From: Porphyridium purpureum
Taxonomy: Eukaryota
Reading direction: 5' to 3'
Assembly (NCBI GenBank): GCA_008690995.1
Contig: VRMN01000006.1
Coordinates: 682,001 to 746,000, forward strand
DNA length: 64,000 bases
Positions 29,564 through 39,353 of the stretch are shown piece after piece. Numbering within the stretch: the stretch's first letter is position 1; each line of letters begins with the position of its first letter. The translations under genes and the position numbers were made by a program. The notes below the pieces were generated by a model that saw only the letters and a list, made by a program, of their open reading frames with translations, was not told where the DNA came from and did not search any database.

Positions 29564-31885
29564 ATGCTTGAGGAGGACGAAATCGAAGGCGGGGCGGGGG
29601 ACATAGCGTTGGAGGCCGTGGCAAATAGCGCGTTACTGCCGCGGGATTATGCCACGCGACGCCTGAATCGATACTTTTGCGAGCTGCATGCGCGCGCGAG
29701 CGGCGGCGGCGGTTTCGGCGCGCGGCCCGCCCGGCACCACGCCTCGGATGGAGAAACGGTGGACGCGCCGCAGCCGCCGCCAGATCACGCCGAAATGGCG
29801 CGCGCCGCTGCGCTGGTACGGGCGACTTGTAGTAATGCGTTCGGTGTGTCGCCGTCTGCGCGCAAGTTGAACGGCGCGGCTGCCGGCGCCTGGATTTGGG
29901 ACGCCACAAAGCCCGGCGCGAGCAAGGCAAGAGAGGCACTCATGAACCTGCTGATTCCTAGTGGCGGACTGCATCTTGTGTGCCGTGTCATGCCGCAAGA
30001 TGTGTCAGTTGCGCTGGAGCTAGATATTCTGCCACCGCTTCTCAAGCGCGAAATACTCGTCGCGGCGGCACATGGAGAAAGGGCCAAACAAATGCCATTT
30101 GCTGATGCAGGAGACATGAACCAAAGAGACCAACATCAGTATCAGATGCTTTTGGTGCCATTTTTGGCCTGTAGGCTAGTCTCGGCCGCGCAGGGGCTTC
30201 GGGCTCGGTCTGTGCTCAACGTTTCGCCCTACGAATACTTTCTGATATGTTTTTTGTGTTGCCCGCTCTTTCACGTGTCCACCTCGGACGCGCTGCCGAA
30301 TGTGTCCTGGAGCCATGGCATGGACGACTCAATGGAGAATCTCTCGTCCGTCTTGTTTTCGCAGCGCGCCATGTACTGCTACGTTCTCAACAAGTTCCTT
30401 GTTTATTTTTTCCCCAATGTGGAAACCGACGCTGATGACACTCCCAACGAAGGCAACATCCGTTCACCGGCAACGTCAGCTGCACAGGAAGAGGCCCCGA
30501 TGGCTGCTTTGCTTGTGCAGGGGATACACGATTTTTGGCTGCGCTCGACCGTGCGCGAGGACGGCGCGACGTTCCACATTCCGACGTGGACGGTGGTGGA
30601 TGCAATCATCACAGTGCAGCTGCACATTCAGCCGCGCGTTGTTTCTGAGGCGCTTTATGCTTCGAGCATGACGTTGTTGAACCAAAACAATCTGGCACTT
30701 CGCACGGAACTCCAGCCGCACATTGCGGCGTTTGTGCTGCGCTGCGCGAGCCAGTGGCCCGGCCTGGATGCCGCGGGGGTCTTTGGCGCCATTTTGTTAC
30801 TCGCCGCACTCGTGTTGAGTCCATGGAAGTTTGACCATCCTGCGCAAGTGGCGCAGCTTGTACTACCCAAACGCAAGTCGATACCGTACTACGCGGTGCC
30901 AGAGGGCAGCGTTGCGCATGTTCTGAGACCTTGGTGGAAGTTTTGGATGCGGCGCATTGACGATGCGCACGGATGGGAACCGTACATTGGCAGCTGTGCA
31001 GAGCTGTGCGCGACGCTTCCTGTCTTGCTTATTCAACGTGCGAGTCAGCTGCAACTTGGCCTTCTGTACGATGACTACAATGCCGAGCACTCACAGCGCT
31101 TCAAGGAACAAGCAGAGTGCTGCGCACGTGGACTCACATTGCTCTGTGCTGGGCTGAGGAGCGACATTCTAAACGAGGCAGTGACCACCGTGCGTTCGCT
31201 GCGGCAGCAAAGACAGGAGGCCGCGGGGGCAGGAGGGGCAGCTGCCGCGGCGGCAGAAGACGATGCCATGGTTGAGTCTGAGCGCGCGGTGAAAGAGTTG
31301 GCGCGACAGTTGGAAGAGGCTTATATCAAGTGTTGGGCAAGGCGGCTTCTTTACGCAACGCTGGGAGTGGGATCAGTTCCCGTACCATGGCCTGATCTTG
31401 CCGCAGTGTGCCGGCTGCTCAACATCCAAAAGATGCAGCAAATCTACAGTCCCACGGTAGGTGTGGCTCAACTTCGCGCTGTACTCGCGTTGCTTCAGCG
31501 CATCCAGTGGTCAGTACCACGGCGTCGCGGTGAGCGTCGCCGTGACGCGCGTCAAGGGCGGGTACGGTTGTACGAGCAATTGGTGCTGGCCGAGGAGGCG
31601 GATCATGCAGACCTCGAGCTGCGCCGCCGCCAGTTGCGTGATGGTGAGCGGCTTTGTACAAACTTGGACGCCGAGTTTGACGGCGACGTGTGGGACGTTC
31701 CGCTCTGCGACTATGAGAATCGATTCTTATTCATCTTAATGTACAAGCTGCACTTGTTCTTGCAGCGCAGGTTCCAGGTGTCTCTACCTGCCCTTAGACT
31801 CTTAGCTTCATATCTTGCTGTGTTTGGCGCGGTGTTTGTGGCTCTCTGCGCATACTCGTTTTCGCGATACATAAAGTTAGCGTGA
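29564..31885 (+). CDS. Sphingomyelin phosphodiesterase 4 (SMPD4)-like tail-anchored protein
   Basis: LNVSPYEYFLICF, EFDGDVWDVPLCDYENRFL and LRLLASY followed by a C-terminal TM resemble recalled SMPD4 blocks. Confidence 0.65.
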   Translation: MLEEDEIEGGAGDIALEAVANSALLPRDYATRRLNRYFCELHARASGGGGFGARPARHHASDGETVDAPQPPPDHAEMARAAALVRATCSNAFGVSPSARKLNGAAAGAWIWDATKPGASKAREALMNLLIPSGGLHLVCRVMPQDVSVALELDILPPLLKREILVAAAHGERAKQMPFADAGDMNQRDQHQYQMLLVPFLACRLVSAAQGLRARSVLNVSPYEYFLICFLCCPLFHVSTSDALPNVSWSHGMDDSMENLSSVLFSQRAMYCYVLNKFLVYFFPNVETDADDTPNEGNIRSPATSAAQEEAPMAALLVQGIHDFWLRSTVREDGATFHIPTWTVVDAIITVQLHIQPRVVSEALYASSMTLLNQNNLALRTELQPHIAAFVLRCASQWPGLDAAGVFGAILLLAALVLSPWKFDHPAQVAQLVLPKRKSIPYYAVPEGSVAHVLRPWWKFWMRRIDDAHGWEPYIGSCAELCATLPVLLIQRASQLQLGLLYDDYNAEHSQRFKEQAECCARGLTLLCAGLRSDILNEAVTTVRSLRQQRQEAAGAGGAAAAAAEDDAMVESERAVKELARQLEEAYIKCWARRLLYATLGVGSVPVPWPDLAAVCRLLNIQKMQQIYSPTVGVAQLRAVLALLQRIQWSVPRRRGERRRDARQGRVRLYEQLVLAEEADHADLELRRRQLRDGERLCTNLDAEFDGDVWDVPLCDYENRFLFILMYKLHLFLQRRFQVSLPALRLLASYLAVFGAVFVALCAYSFSRYIKLA

Positions 31886-31945
31886 AAAAGAGTAAACATG
31901 CATTAAAGTCTACCAAAAAAATAAACAATAATAAACGAGCTCCCA

Positions 31946-33283
31946 CTACAAATGGCCTGCACTCTGAAGTTCGGCCACCCAGACCGGGACAGGGTCGCCG
32001 TCGTTCACGATACAGTATCGGTACCGCACTACCTTTCTAGTCAAATATGAGTAGGTGTTGTCAAAGACCAGACTCAGAGGCACGTCTGATTTCAGCGCAA
32101 CTTTGCCGATTTCATGAGTGCCTCGCGCGCACGCCGGCTTGAGTTTCACAACGAACCAGCTCGCGTCGTTGGTTTTCTGAACCGCAAACTTGATGTCCTT
32201 GTCCGCCGAGACTTGGTAGTACAACGAGACCTGATCCGCAGAGTCCGGCTCGCTCTCCGGCGGCATGTCAATCGGCACGCGCTCTGTCATTCGCGCCGCC
32301 ACAATGATCTGCTCGAAAGGCTGCTCTGTGCCACCGGCATTGGCAGACTTTGACCGTACCGCCGCGAGCTTCTCCGAGGATACAAAGACGGGGCTCTTCT
32401 CCACAATGACAGTCATGAAGTCGAGGTATTTGGAAGCCTGCTCGCTGTACACGTCGACTGCGCGCTGCGCAAAGCCAAGCGCACCGGCGCAAAGCGCTGC
32501 CGTGTCCGGCTGTTGTTGGATCTGGAAGACACACCGCAGCAGGTAGTGAATGGCATTGGAGATACGCGTCAGCTCGTACAGGTGCGGGCCGTACAAAATG
32601 CGCATCTCCTCAGTTGGGCCCAAAGGTGCGTTGATTTGGCCAGCAAAGTCGAGCAGCACCTCTGGGACTCCACCGATGTACTTGACGACCGCTTTCCACA
32701 TGCCGCTCGCCGTGCCCAAGTCGGCCAATCCTTGCCTCCTTTCCCACTGCTGCTTCCACAACAGGCCATACTGCTCCTTGAGCGAGCCGTCACTGGCCTT
32801 GAGATCTTCCAATTCCTTCTCGTAGCGCGCCTCCTTTTTCGCGCGCTGGTGGTTCAACATGGTGACGCGAAAATCATTCGGCAGGAACTCACTGACCAGC
32901 CGATTGACATGCGCTTTCTGGTGATCCTGAAAAGCCTTAAATTTCGCACCCGTCTCTGCGGCCTTTGTTCCAAGCGCCTTGACAACATCAAGCTGTTCCT
33001 TGGCGCTCTCCAACTTGGCACACGCGTCCACAATTTCATCGCACTGCCAGCGATTCATGTACATGTTATGATCCATATGCTTTGGCGGCGCGTCGATGAG
33101 CACATCCTTTGGCGGCGACGCCAGGCCCAATTGCTCAGCGCGATGCATTGCAGACTCAGCGAGCATGGCCACTTCTTCTCCCATGGGATCAATTGGGAAA
33201 TCCTCATAAAACTCGCGCAGAAACTCGCGCGTGATGGGCTGCAGCTCAGCCACTTGCGCGGCAGAGAGCCGACGACTTGACAT
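31946..33283 (-). CDS. GOLD-domain protein resembling the plant At5g01010 family
   Basis: LQPITREFLREFYEDFP, KYIGGVPEVLLDF, GPTEEMRILYGP; C-terminal GOLD motif LVFDNTYSYLTRKVVRYRY. Confidence 0.8.
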   Translation of the reverse strand: MSSRRLSAAQVAELQPITREFLREFYEDFPIDPMGEEVAMLAESAMHRAEQLGLASPPKDVLIDAPPKHMDHNMYMNRWQCDEIVDACAKLESAKEQLDVVKALGTKAAETGAKFKAFQDHQKAHVNRLVSEFLPNDFRVTMLNHQRAKKEARYEKELEDLKASDGSLKEQYGLLWKQQWERRQGLADLGTASGMWKAVVKYIGGVPEVLLDFAGQINAPLGPTEEMRILYGPHLYELTRISNAIHYLLRCVFQIQQQPDTAALCAGALGFAQRAVDVYSEQASKYLDFMTVIVEKSPVFVSSEKLAAVRSKSANAGGTEQPFEQIIVAARMTERVPIDMPPESEPDSADQVSLYYQVSADKDIKFAVQKTNDASWFVVKLKPACARGTHEIGKVALKSDVPLSLVFDNTYSYLTRKVVRYRYCIVNDGDPVPVWVAELQSAGHL

Positions 33284-33817
33284 GATATCTCCGACGCCGG
33301 TTCTTTATGAAGCGCGTGCAAGGCGCACTAGGACCAACCCGTAACCTATCACGCGGGCGCTTGTGATGTCCGTGAGTCCCACGTTCTCCCTCCTCACCAA
33401 CAGATACCCACACGAATCCTTCAACCTGCGCGCCCCACACAAAAGTTCGAATCATAACGGTTCACAGAATTAAACCGGTTTGGAACCGATTTCCACGATT
33501 CTCAAGCGGAGGTACAGTATTTTATATCAAAACCACCTCGTCGGATGATAATAGCCCAGAAACCGTTTAGAAAAGTGTTGAGCGGCCGGGTTGAGTGGCG
33601 TGCGGGGGGAAGGGAGGAAGAGAGAAGGGAGGCGAGAGAGAGAGAGAGCGTGTGTCTGCGTTTGTGTGCGTGCTTGTGTGCGCGTGGAAGAGAGGCGCGG
33701 CAGAAGCAGAGCAATCGTCAGCTTCTAGTGCGTCCGGTTTGCGGTCTGAGCGACGTTGGTAGTGGAGTGGTCGACGGCGAGGTTGGAACAGCAGCGTGGG
33801 AGTTGTGGGTTCGCAAG

Positions 33818-35308
33818 ATGGGGAAGAGAAAAGGGCGGCGTTTTGTTGAGAAGAGGAGTGGACAGACCTACTATGTGTTCCAACCGTACGCAGAACTGTC
33901 GGAGGATGAGGAAGGTCAGGTAAAGTCAGGCTCTGCGTCCGGGGAGGAAGGATACTCGAGGCGGGAATGGGAGCTCGCCTCGATGGGCTTTCCCACGGAC
34001 GATGGGTATAATTATCATCAGCACCTGCGCACAATTGGCGGCCACGCAGGCGCCGTGTTCTTGCAGGCACAGCAGCCGGAAAATAGTGAGAAAGAGAGAA
34101 TGCGCGGCGCCGCCGTCAAGCTGCGCCCACCGGAAAGCGTGGGCGAACACGCGCCGACTCTTTCGGATGGGGATGACGACGAAGAAGCGAACCAACGCAT
34201 GGACCCATACGCAAAAGAAAAGCAAGAAACTGAGGCACGCTACTGGAAGGAGGCCGAACGGCTGCGACAGAAAGTCCCGGACCTTGATGAAGTGTTGGGT
34301 GCACTTGATGATGACAACACCGGTGAAGAAGGGATGCGTGTCGACAACGATGCTGAGGATTTTGGCGTCGATGATGCTAATGATTTTGATGTCGATGACT
34401 TTTTTGCGCAGTTCTCAGCAAGCGCTGAGGTAGAGCCCACGACTGCATCGGAAAAATTGAGGGCAGAAGACAACACGCGCGTTGCCGTGCCAACGGCACA
34501 TCAGCGCGCGCGCACACAAGCAGGTTCGAATGCCACGCCAGCGTTGTCTGCGTATGAGCTAGGGCGACAGGCACGCCTCATTGACGAGCAATTTGACCGT
34601 CTTTTGGAGGACGAATACGAAGATGGCGGTGGCTCTGAAAGCAATGAAAACGATGAAGAAAGCTGCAGCGAGTATTCATCGTATGAGGAGGACGAAGCCC
34701 ATGAAGATACTCTAGCCAAGCTCGGGGGGCACGAGCAAGTTGCTGAATTGATGCAGAATGTGAGAGACCTGAAGATTGATGGGCTGGCCGATACGTATTC
34801 TGGTCAGTTGGAGGAAACCGAAAAGGAAGCTCTCAAGTCGCGATTTCAGTACGAAAGTGGTTCGGATCACGGTGAGACATTCCTTGAGATGGCTGAAAGA
34901 GAGCGGCGAGAGCGCGACGAGGCTGAGCGATGGGACTGCGAAACCATTCTCACGACGTACACTAACCTTGAAAACCACCCTTCGATGATCGGCATTCCTC
35001 GCAAGGCGCGCAAGAAGAAAGTGCCGGTGACTGCGGCCGCGGAAACGGCGGAGCCTGAGGCCGAGACAGAAAGTAGAGAGCAAGAACCCGACGATCGTCG
35101 CAAAGAGTCCGTACCACCGGTGAGCGCGGAGCGACACAAGGGTGAGACGGCTGAGGAACGCAGGCTCCGCAAGCAGGCGGTCAAGGAACAGAAACGCGAG
35201 CGCAGGGCCACCAAGAGCCACAATCGCGCAGTGTTCCGCGCAGAGAACGTGCGGCAGGCCACGCATGAGAGCAAGATGGGTACAAGTAAGGTCGTTGTCC
35301 AGTTCTAG
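33818..35308 (+). CDS. LTV1: Pre-40S factor Ltv1
   Basis: DDGYNYHQHLR, WDCETILTTYTNLENHP, ETAEERRLRKQAVKEQKRERR; likely start MGKRKG. Confidence 0.92.
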   Translation: MGKRKGRRFVEKRSGQTYYVFQPYAELSEDEEGQVKSGSASGEEGYSRREWELASMGFPTDDGYNYHQHLRTIGGHAGAVFLQAQQPENSEKERMRGAAVKLRPPESVGEHAPTLSDGDDDEEANQRMDPYAKEKQETEARYWKEAERLRQKVPDLDEVLGALDDDNTGEEGMRVDNDAEDFGVDDANDFDVDDFFAQFSASAEVEPTTASEKLRAEDNTRVAVPTAHQRARTQAGSNATPALSAYELGRQARLIDEQFDRLLEDEYEDGGGSESNENDEESCSEYSSYEEDEAHEDTLAKLGGHEQVAELMQNVRDLKIDGLADTYSGQLEETEKEALKSRFQYESGSDHGETFLEMAERERRERDEAERWDCETILTTYTNLENHPSMIGIPRKARKKKVPVTAAAETAEPEAETESREQEPDDRRKESVPPVSAERHKGETAEERRLRKQAVKEQKRERRATKSHNRAVFRAENVRQATHESKMGTSKVVVQF

Positions 35309-35389
35309 TCGTCACCTGACGTAAATGGAAACTTAGAATTATTATTGCGAAGTGAGAAAAGGACGAGATTGTTATAGTTGCTTGTCTGT

Positions 35390-37984
35390 ATGCGTGCGAG
35401 TAGATTCCAGCGCGCCCTCGTATGTGCGCGGCCTGTGGATCACCCTGAATCACACAGTCCGTGTGCCGCCGTGCTGCTGCTCGACGATGTCGACGGAACG
35501 ACATGCGCTGTCTCCGTAACGACGGCAGGTGCCGAACTGGTAGTACGAATTGTGTCTATATTTCGAAGTGGCTCTCGAAAAGAGCACGTTGAGCAGGAGG
35601 CGCCTCCGTCCGGGACTGCCCGCAAGGCGCTGCCGCATGCGGCTCGTCCCCGATTCGTTGGAATAGAGAGGAGCGTCACGAGTGCGCCGAATTCAGGAAG
35701 CGAGAAGTGTATGCCGCAACCCATGGTGATGGTCTGGGCCGCCAGCGTAAGCGAGAGCAACACCCATTTTGTGCAGATAGATGTGTATGAGCTATGTGGA
35801 CAGTTTCAGGACAGCGTGAGAGACCACGAGCAGCAGCGATCTGTGCCTTTGCAGAGCCGAGGAAGGCTCCTCCTCCAACTACCTGTGGAAATTTTGATGG
35901 GACAGGTCGCACCAGAGCGTGTAGAAGAGATTCGCGTAGCATTTGCAGACTCAAGGCATGCAGTTCTAATTCTGAATTGCACATTGCTCGCATGCTTCGA
36001 ACAGGACGGTGAGCAAATCGAATGGAAATTGATTTGGATCCAACGGAACCCGAAATCAAGTACTTACAGAAATGTCGTGTGTTCTCGACTGACTCGATAC
36101 CGGCGTACTTGCCTTGACGCACACTTTACGTGTCTCGGTTGCGCCCAGTCGATCTCAGTGCAAGTCTTTCCGCGGTACAAGGAAGCTCCGTCCTTGCCAA
36201 CCAAATTTTTCGAGCTGCATGGGCCACTGGCGTGTTACGCACAGAACAAGGACGCATCGTTGTTGAAAGTCGAGCGTCTCATCGACGCTGAGTCTTTTCT
36301 GATCATGACCTGCGAATCGCATGTCCAGGATAGACGCGATAGAATACGCAGGTTGCGAATGGTTCACAAGGCGAGCGGGAAGGAGTACCTAATGCCTTTG
36401 ACTGGAGACTGGCATCTAGAAGCAGCGTTCCAGTCATTTGTGCAGGCATCAGAGTCTGTATTTTGTATGGTTTTTTCAACACCAACGTTCTGGATGGTCC
36501 AGGTGCGGCGCCTGCCTTTGTCGGAAGTTGTCGTGGAGCGTGCGGTGCACTGCCACGCACCTGCAGAAAGAATCGCAGGTGCCTTCTTTGCCCATGAGTC
36601 TACAGCTGAAATGGTGGGAGTAAATGGTGACTCGGGGCTTGTGAGTCTCTTGAAAGTTGACATCTCGGAGTCGTCGCGTTCAACTTCATCAGCTGCAGCG
36701 ACGGGGAAGCTTGTGGCTTCCCCTTCGGTGTTGGTCTCTGCGCCAAGCAAGGACACATTGTTGTCCAACCTTGAGGATCGACTGGCAGAGCAGCTAGACC
36801 TGCTCGAACGCGCAAGGCTTGAGCTGGACCGAAAAGACGCATTTGTCCGTGGGCTTGTAGAAGGGCTCCAGTGCCGTGACCTGACACCTGTGCGTGACCT
36901 GTTTCTGGACGGCCTTGTCCAGTTTCCGCACATCCCCAGTAAGCTCCAAGATCATGCTCCGAGCGGGAATATTCTGCACTCTGGACATCTTGATGATGTT
37001 CCGCAGGTGTCGCTGCGCTTGAAACAATCCTCGGCTGTGGTGTGCGGTCGCACGATGCTCATTAGCTTGGTGACCGAGGCTGATCTCAATGTTCCGCTTC
37101 GCAGCGCGCGCGTCATGCTTGTCTCGCCGTCCCGGACGATATTAACGCAGTGTGCTCATGTGCATGGACCTGGTGGCTTTCTTGCAACACTGGAGATCGC
37201 GAGCGTGTGGCAAAATCACTTGCATGAGTTTCTTGTCGTGGCGCGGTGGATGGACCATGATCCAGGTGCAGGAGGAAACTCAGAATCTGGGATCGGCACT
37301 GAAAGTCGACTGCAGAGCTTGGGACCGCTCGGAAAGTTAGCGGTGAGCACAGACCTCAGCGATCAGTTTGACGTTATCCAGCGAGTGGGCCGGTGGCGAG
37401 GTCGTATCACGCTAAAGTACAGCATAGAAGGGAGTGACGAGATGCACAACCTTCAGAATGCGCTTCGAGAATACATGAAGCTTCGACTTGTGTCCTTTCA
37501 GCTGCTCGCAACAGACAGTATGCCGGCGCAGGCCTCTCAGAGCAGCACGCTACGATACATCAGCGCGACAGACCGCCGGTGCATTGCAGAAGTTTGGCCC
37601 CGCGCCCCGGACACGGGAGAGACAGGTCGTTCAAAGACGGCCATAATTTTTCTGACCTGCCTTGATTCGTCAGAGTTTGAGCAGTACTGTGCGGCGCTGC
37701 TGCGAGAAGGTGCGTCTCCAGCGTCGTGCATGTTCGGCTCCTCCGCGTTCACCTCCCAATTCGAGGAGATCGAGAAGCATCGCGCTTCGCTTTCCAGGGC
37801 TTTGCAAAGCGAGCTGGGCGAGCTGGGCGAGCGTGCGGTATCAGCGTCGCAGCCGCTTTTGTCGACCACTGTGAAGCAGAAACACACCGATGCGTTAGCC
37901 GCTGCCACTGCCGCTGCGGCGCTCGGAGCACCAAATCAGGTTTCGGCGAAACGGTTTAGCCTGCTTGAACCGTTTTTGTTTTGA
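35390..37984 (+). CDS. Hypothetical protein (beta-rich N-terminus, central coiled coil, beta-rich then helical C-terminus)
   Basis: 868-aa ORF, first ATG 35390; no diagnostic motif. Confidence 0.65.
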   Translation: MRASRFQRALVCARPVDHPESHSPCAAVLLLDDVDGTTCAVSVTTAGAELVVRIVSIFRSGSRKEHVEQEAPPSGTARKALPHAARPRFVGIERSVTSAPNSGSEKCMPQPMVMVWAASVSESNTHFVQIDVYELCGQFQDSVRDHEQQRSVPLQSRGRLLLQLPVEILMGQVAPERVEEIRVAFADSRHAVLILNCTLLACFEQDGEQIEWKLIWIQRNPKSSTYRNVVCSRLTRYRRTCLDAHFTCLGCAQSISVQVFPRYKEAPSLPTKFFELHGPLACYAQNKDASLLKVERLIDAESFLIMTCESHVQDRRDRIRRLRMVHKASGKEYLMPLTGDWHLEAAFQSFVQASESVFCMVFSTPTFWMVQVRRLPLSEVVVERAVHCHAPAERIAGAFFAHESTAEMVGVNGDSGLVSLLKVDISESSRSTSSAAATGKLVASPSVLVSAPSKDTLLSNLEDRLAEQLDLLERARLELDRKDAFVRGLVEGLQCRDLTPVRDLFLDGLVQFPHIPSKLQDHAPSGNILHSGHLDDVPQVSLRLKQSSAVVCGRTMLISLVTEADLNVPLRSARVMLVSPSRTILTQCAHVHGPGGFLATLEIASVWQNHLHEFLVVARWMDHDPGAGGNSESGIGTESRLQSLGPLGKLAVSTDLSDQFDVIQRVGRWRGRITLKYSIEGSDEMHNLQNALREYMKLRLVSFQLLATDSMPAQASQSSTLRYISATDRRCIAEVWPRAPDTGETGRSKTAIIFLTCLDSSEFEQYCAALLREGASPASCMFGSSAFTSQFEEIEKHRASLSRALQSELGELGERAVSASQPLLSTTVKQKHTDALAAATAAAALGAPNQVSAKRFSLLEPFLF

Positions 37985-38112
37985 GCGCGAGTGCGAGCGG
38001 GACAGCTGGCGGCCGGCGTCGTGCGCGCGGCGCGTGATTGTGTTTGTGCGAGACGCGTCGCCGTGTGTGGAGGTTCGTTGATGGGTGTGACCTCTCTCGC
38101 AGTGCTGTGAGA

Positions 38113-39048
38113 ATGCGGCCGTCGCGATTATGGCGACAAGGGTTAGCTGAGCTGGAGCGCGCACTGACGTTGCTTGACACGGCAGAGCTGCACAGCCTTC
38201 GCCGGTCGATTGACTCGCGTCTGGGCGCAGACCCGAAACAGGTGACGAGCGCAGCCGAGGAGGTGTTCCGGCGCGCCGATTTGAACAAAGATGGTAAGCT
38301 GTGTCGCGAAGAGTTTGAGGTCCTGTACACGCAGTTGCAGGCCGGACTGATGTCCCGACGCATGCCGAGAGCTAGGCAGTCTCACGAGCACGCCGAACAT
38401 GCGAGCGCGGGGCTGCAGGACTCAAGCGCCGCGGATGGCGTGCCGATAGGGAAACCATCTCCAAGGCAGCTTGCCAGGCTCGGCGTAGTTGCTGCGATGC
38501 CGTTCGTGGGGTTCGGCTTTGTAGACAACGCGATCATGATCTTGGCAGGCGATATGATCGAGCAAAGAGTCGGAGCCGTCATTACGATTTCTACGATGGC
38601 GGCCGCGGGACTGGGTAATTTGGTCAGCGACGTGGCGGGCATTGGGCTCGGAAGTAGCATAGAGCATTTGGTGTGCAAGCTGGGTCTGTCCGGTCCGTCT
38701 CTCTCCGCACCGCAGATGGCGATGCCGATCGTCAAAACGACGACAACAATTGCCTGCATGATTGGAATCAGTATTGGCTGCTTGCTGGGCCTTGCGCCCT
38801 TGCTGTTCATGGACCAGGAGAAGCGCGCTTTGCGCGAACTCTTTGATAGATTAGATACGGACCAATCCGGCGCGGTGGCGGTCCGGGAGCTCGCACAGGC
38901 CTTCTCGTCGTTGGGTTTGCATGTGGACCCCAACGAACTTGAGTCGATGGTGCAACGCGCCGATATGGACGCAGACGGTGAACTGAATTTTGAGGATTTC
39001 GCGAATCTCGTCAAGCAATGGCAACAGCGATCGAAGGCGATTTCCTGA
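38113..39048 (+). CDS. TMEM65: TMEM65-family membrane protein with flanking EF-hands
   Basis: PFVGFGFVDNAIMILAGD...STMAAAGLGNLVSD...IGCLLGLAPL; EF loops DLNKDGKLCREEF, DTDQSGAVAVREL, DMDADGELNFEDF. Confidence 0.88.
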   Translation: MRPSRLWRQGLAELERALTLLDTAELHSLRRSIDSRLGADPKQVTSAAEEVFRRADLNKDGKLCREEFEVLYTQLQAGLMSRRMPRARQSHEHAEHASAGLQDSSAADGVPIGKPSPRQLARLGVVAAMPFVGFGFVDNAIMILAGDMIEQRVGAVITISTMAAAGLGNLVSDVAGIGLGSSIEHLVCKLGLSGPSLSAPQMAMPIVKTTTTIACMIGISIGCLLGLAPLLFMDQEKRALRELFDRLDTDQSGAVAVRELAQAFSSLGLHVDPNELESMVQRADMDADGELNFEDFANLVKQWQQRSKAIS

Positions 39049-39263
39049 ATGGTACGTTTCTTTTTCATGCATACATTTGTTTGGTCCTTGCAAGGAAGTA
39101 AGCAGCAAGGGAGAACACTACGAGTTGGCGAAGGCAAAGCGCAAGAGTACGTGGACTGTCCTTTCACAAGATGACTAGCATGCAACAATTCTGACACCTC
39201 TTGTTTGAGCGCGGGTCTCACAGCCTGGCGCATTGAACGGATCATGCTGAACGAGACTGATGA

Positions 39264-39352
39264 ATGATGACTGCTTTGCGGCTTTGCGCCTCGCCGCTCT
39301 GGGATAATGACGGGTTAAAGGCTTTGGTGGAGTGCGATTCTGTGTGTTCTGA
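39264..39352 (+). ncRNA. Candidate box C/D snoRNA
   Basis: ATGATGA (39264), CTGG (39299), ATAATGA (39304), CTGA (39349) in C-D'-C'-D order; no clear terminal stem. Confidence 0.2.
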
Positions 39353-39353
39353 T

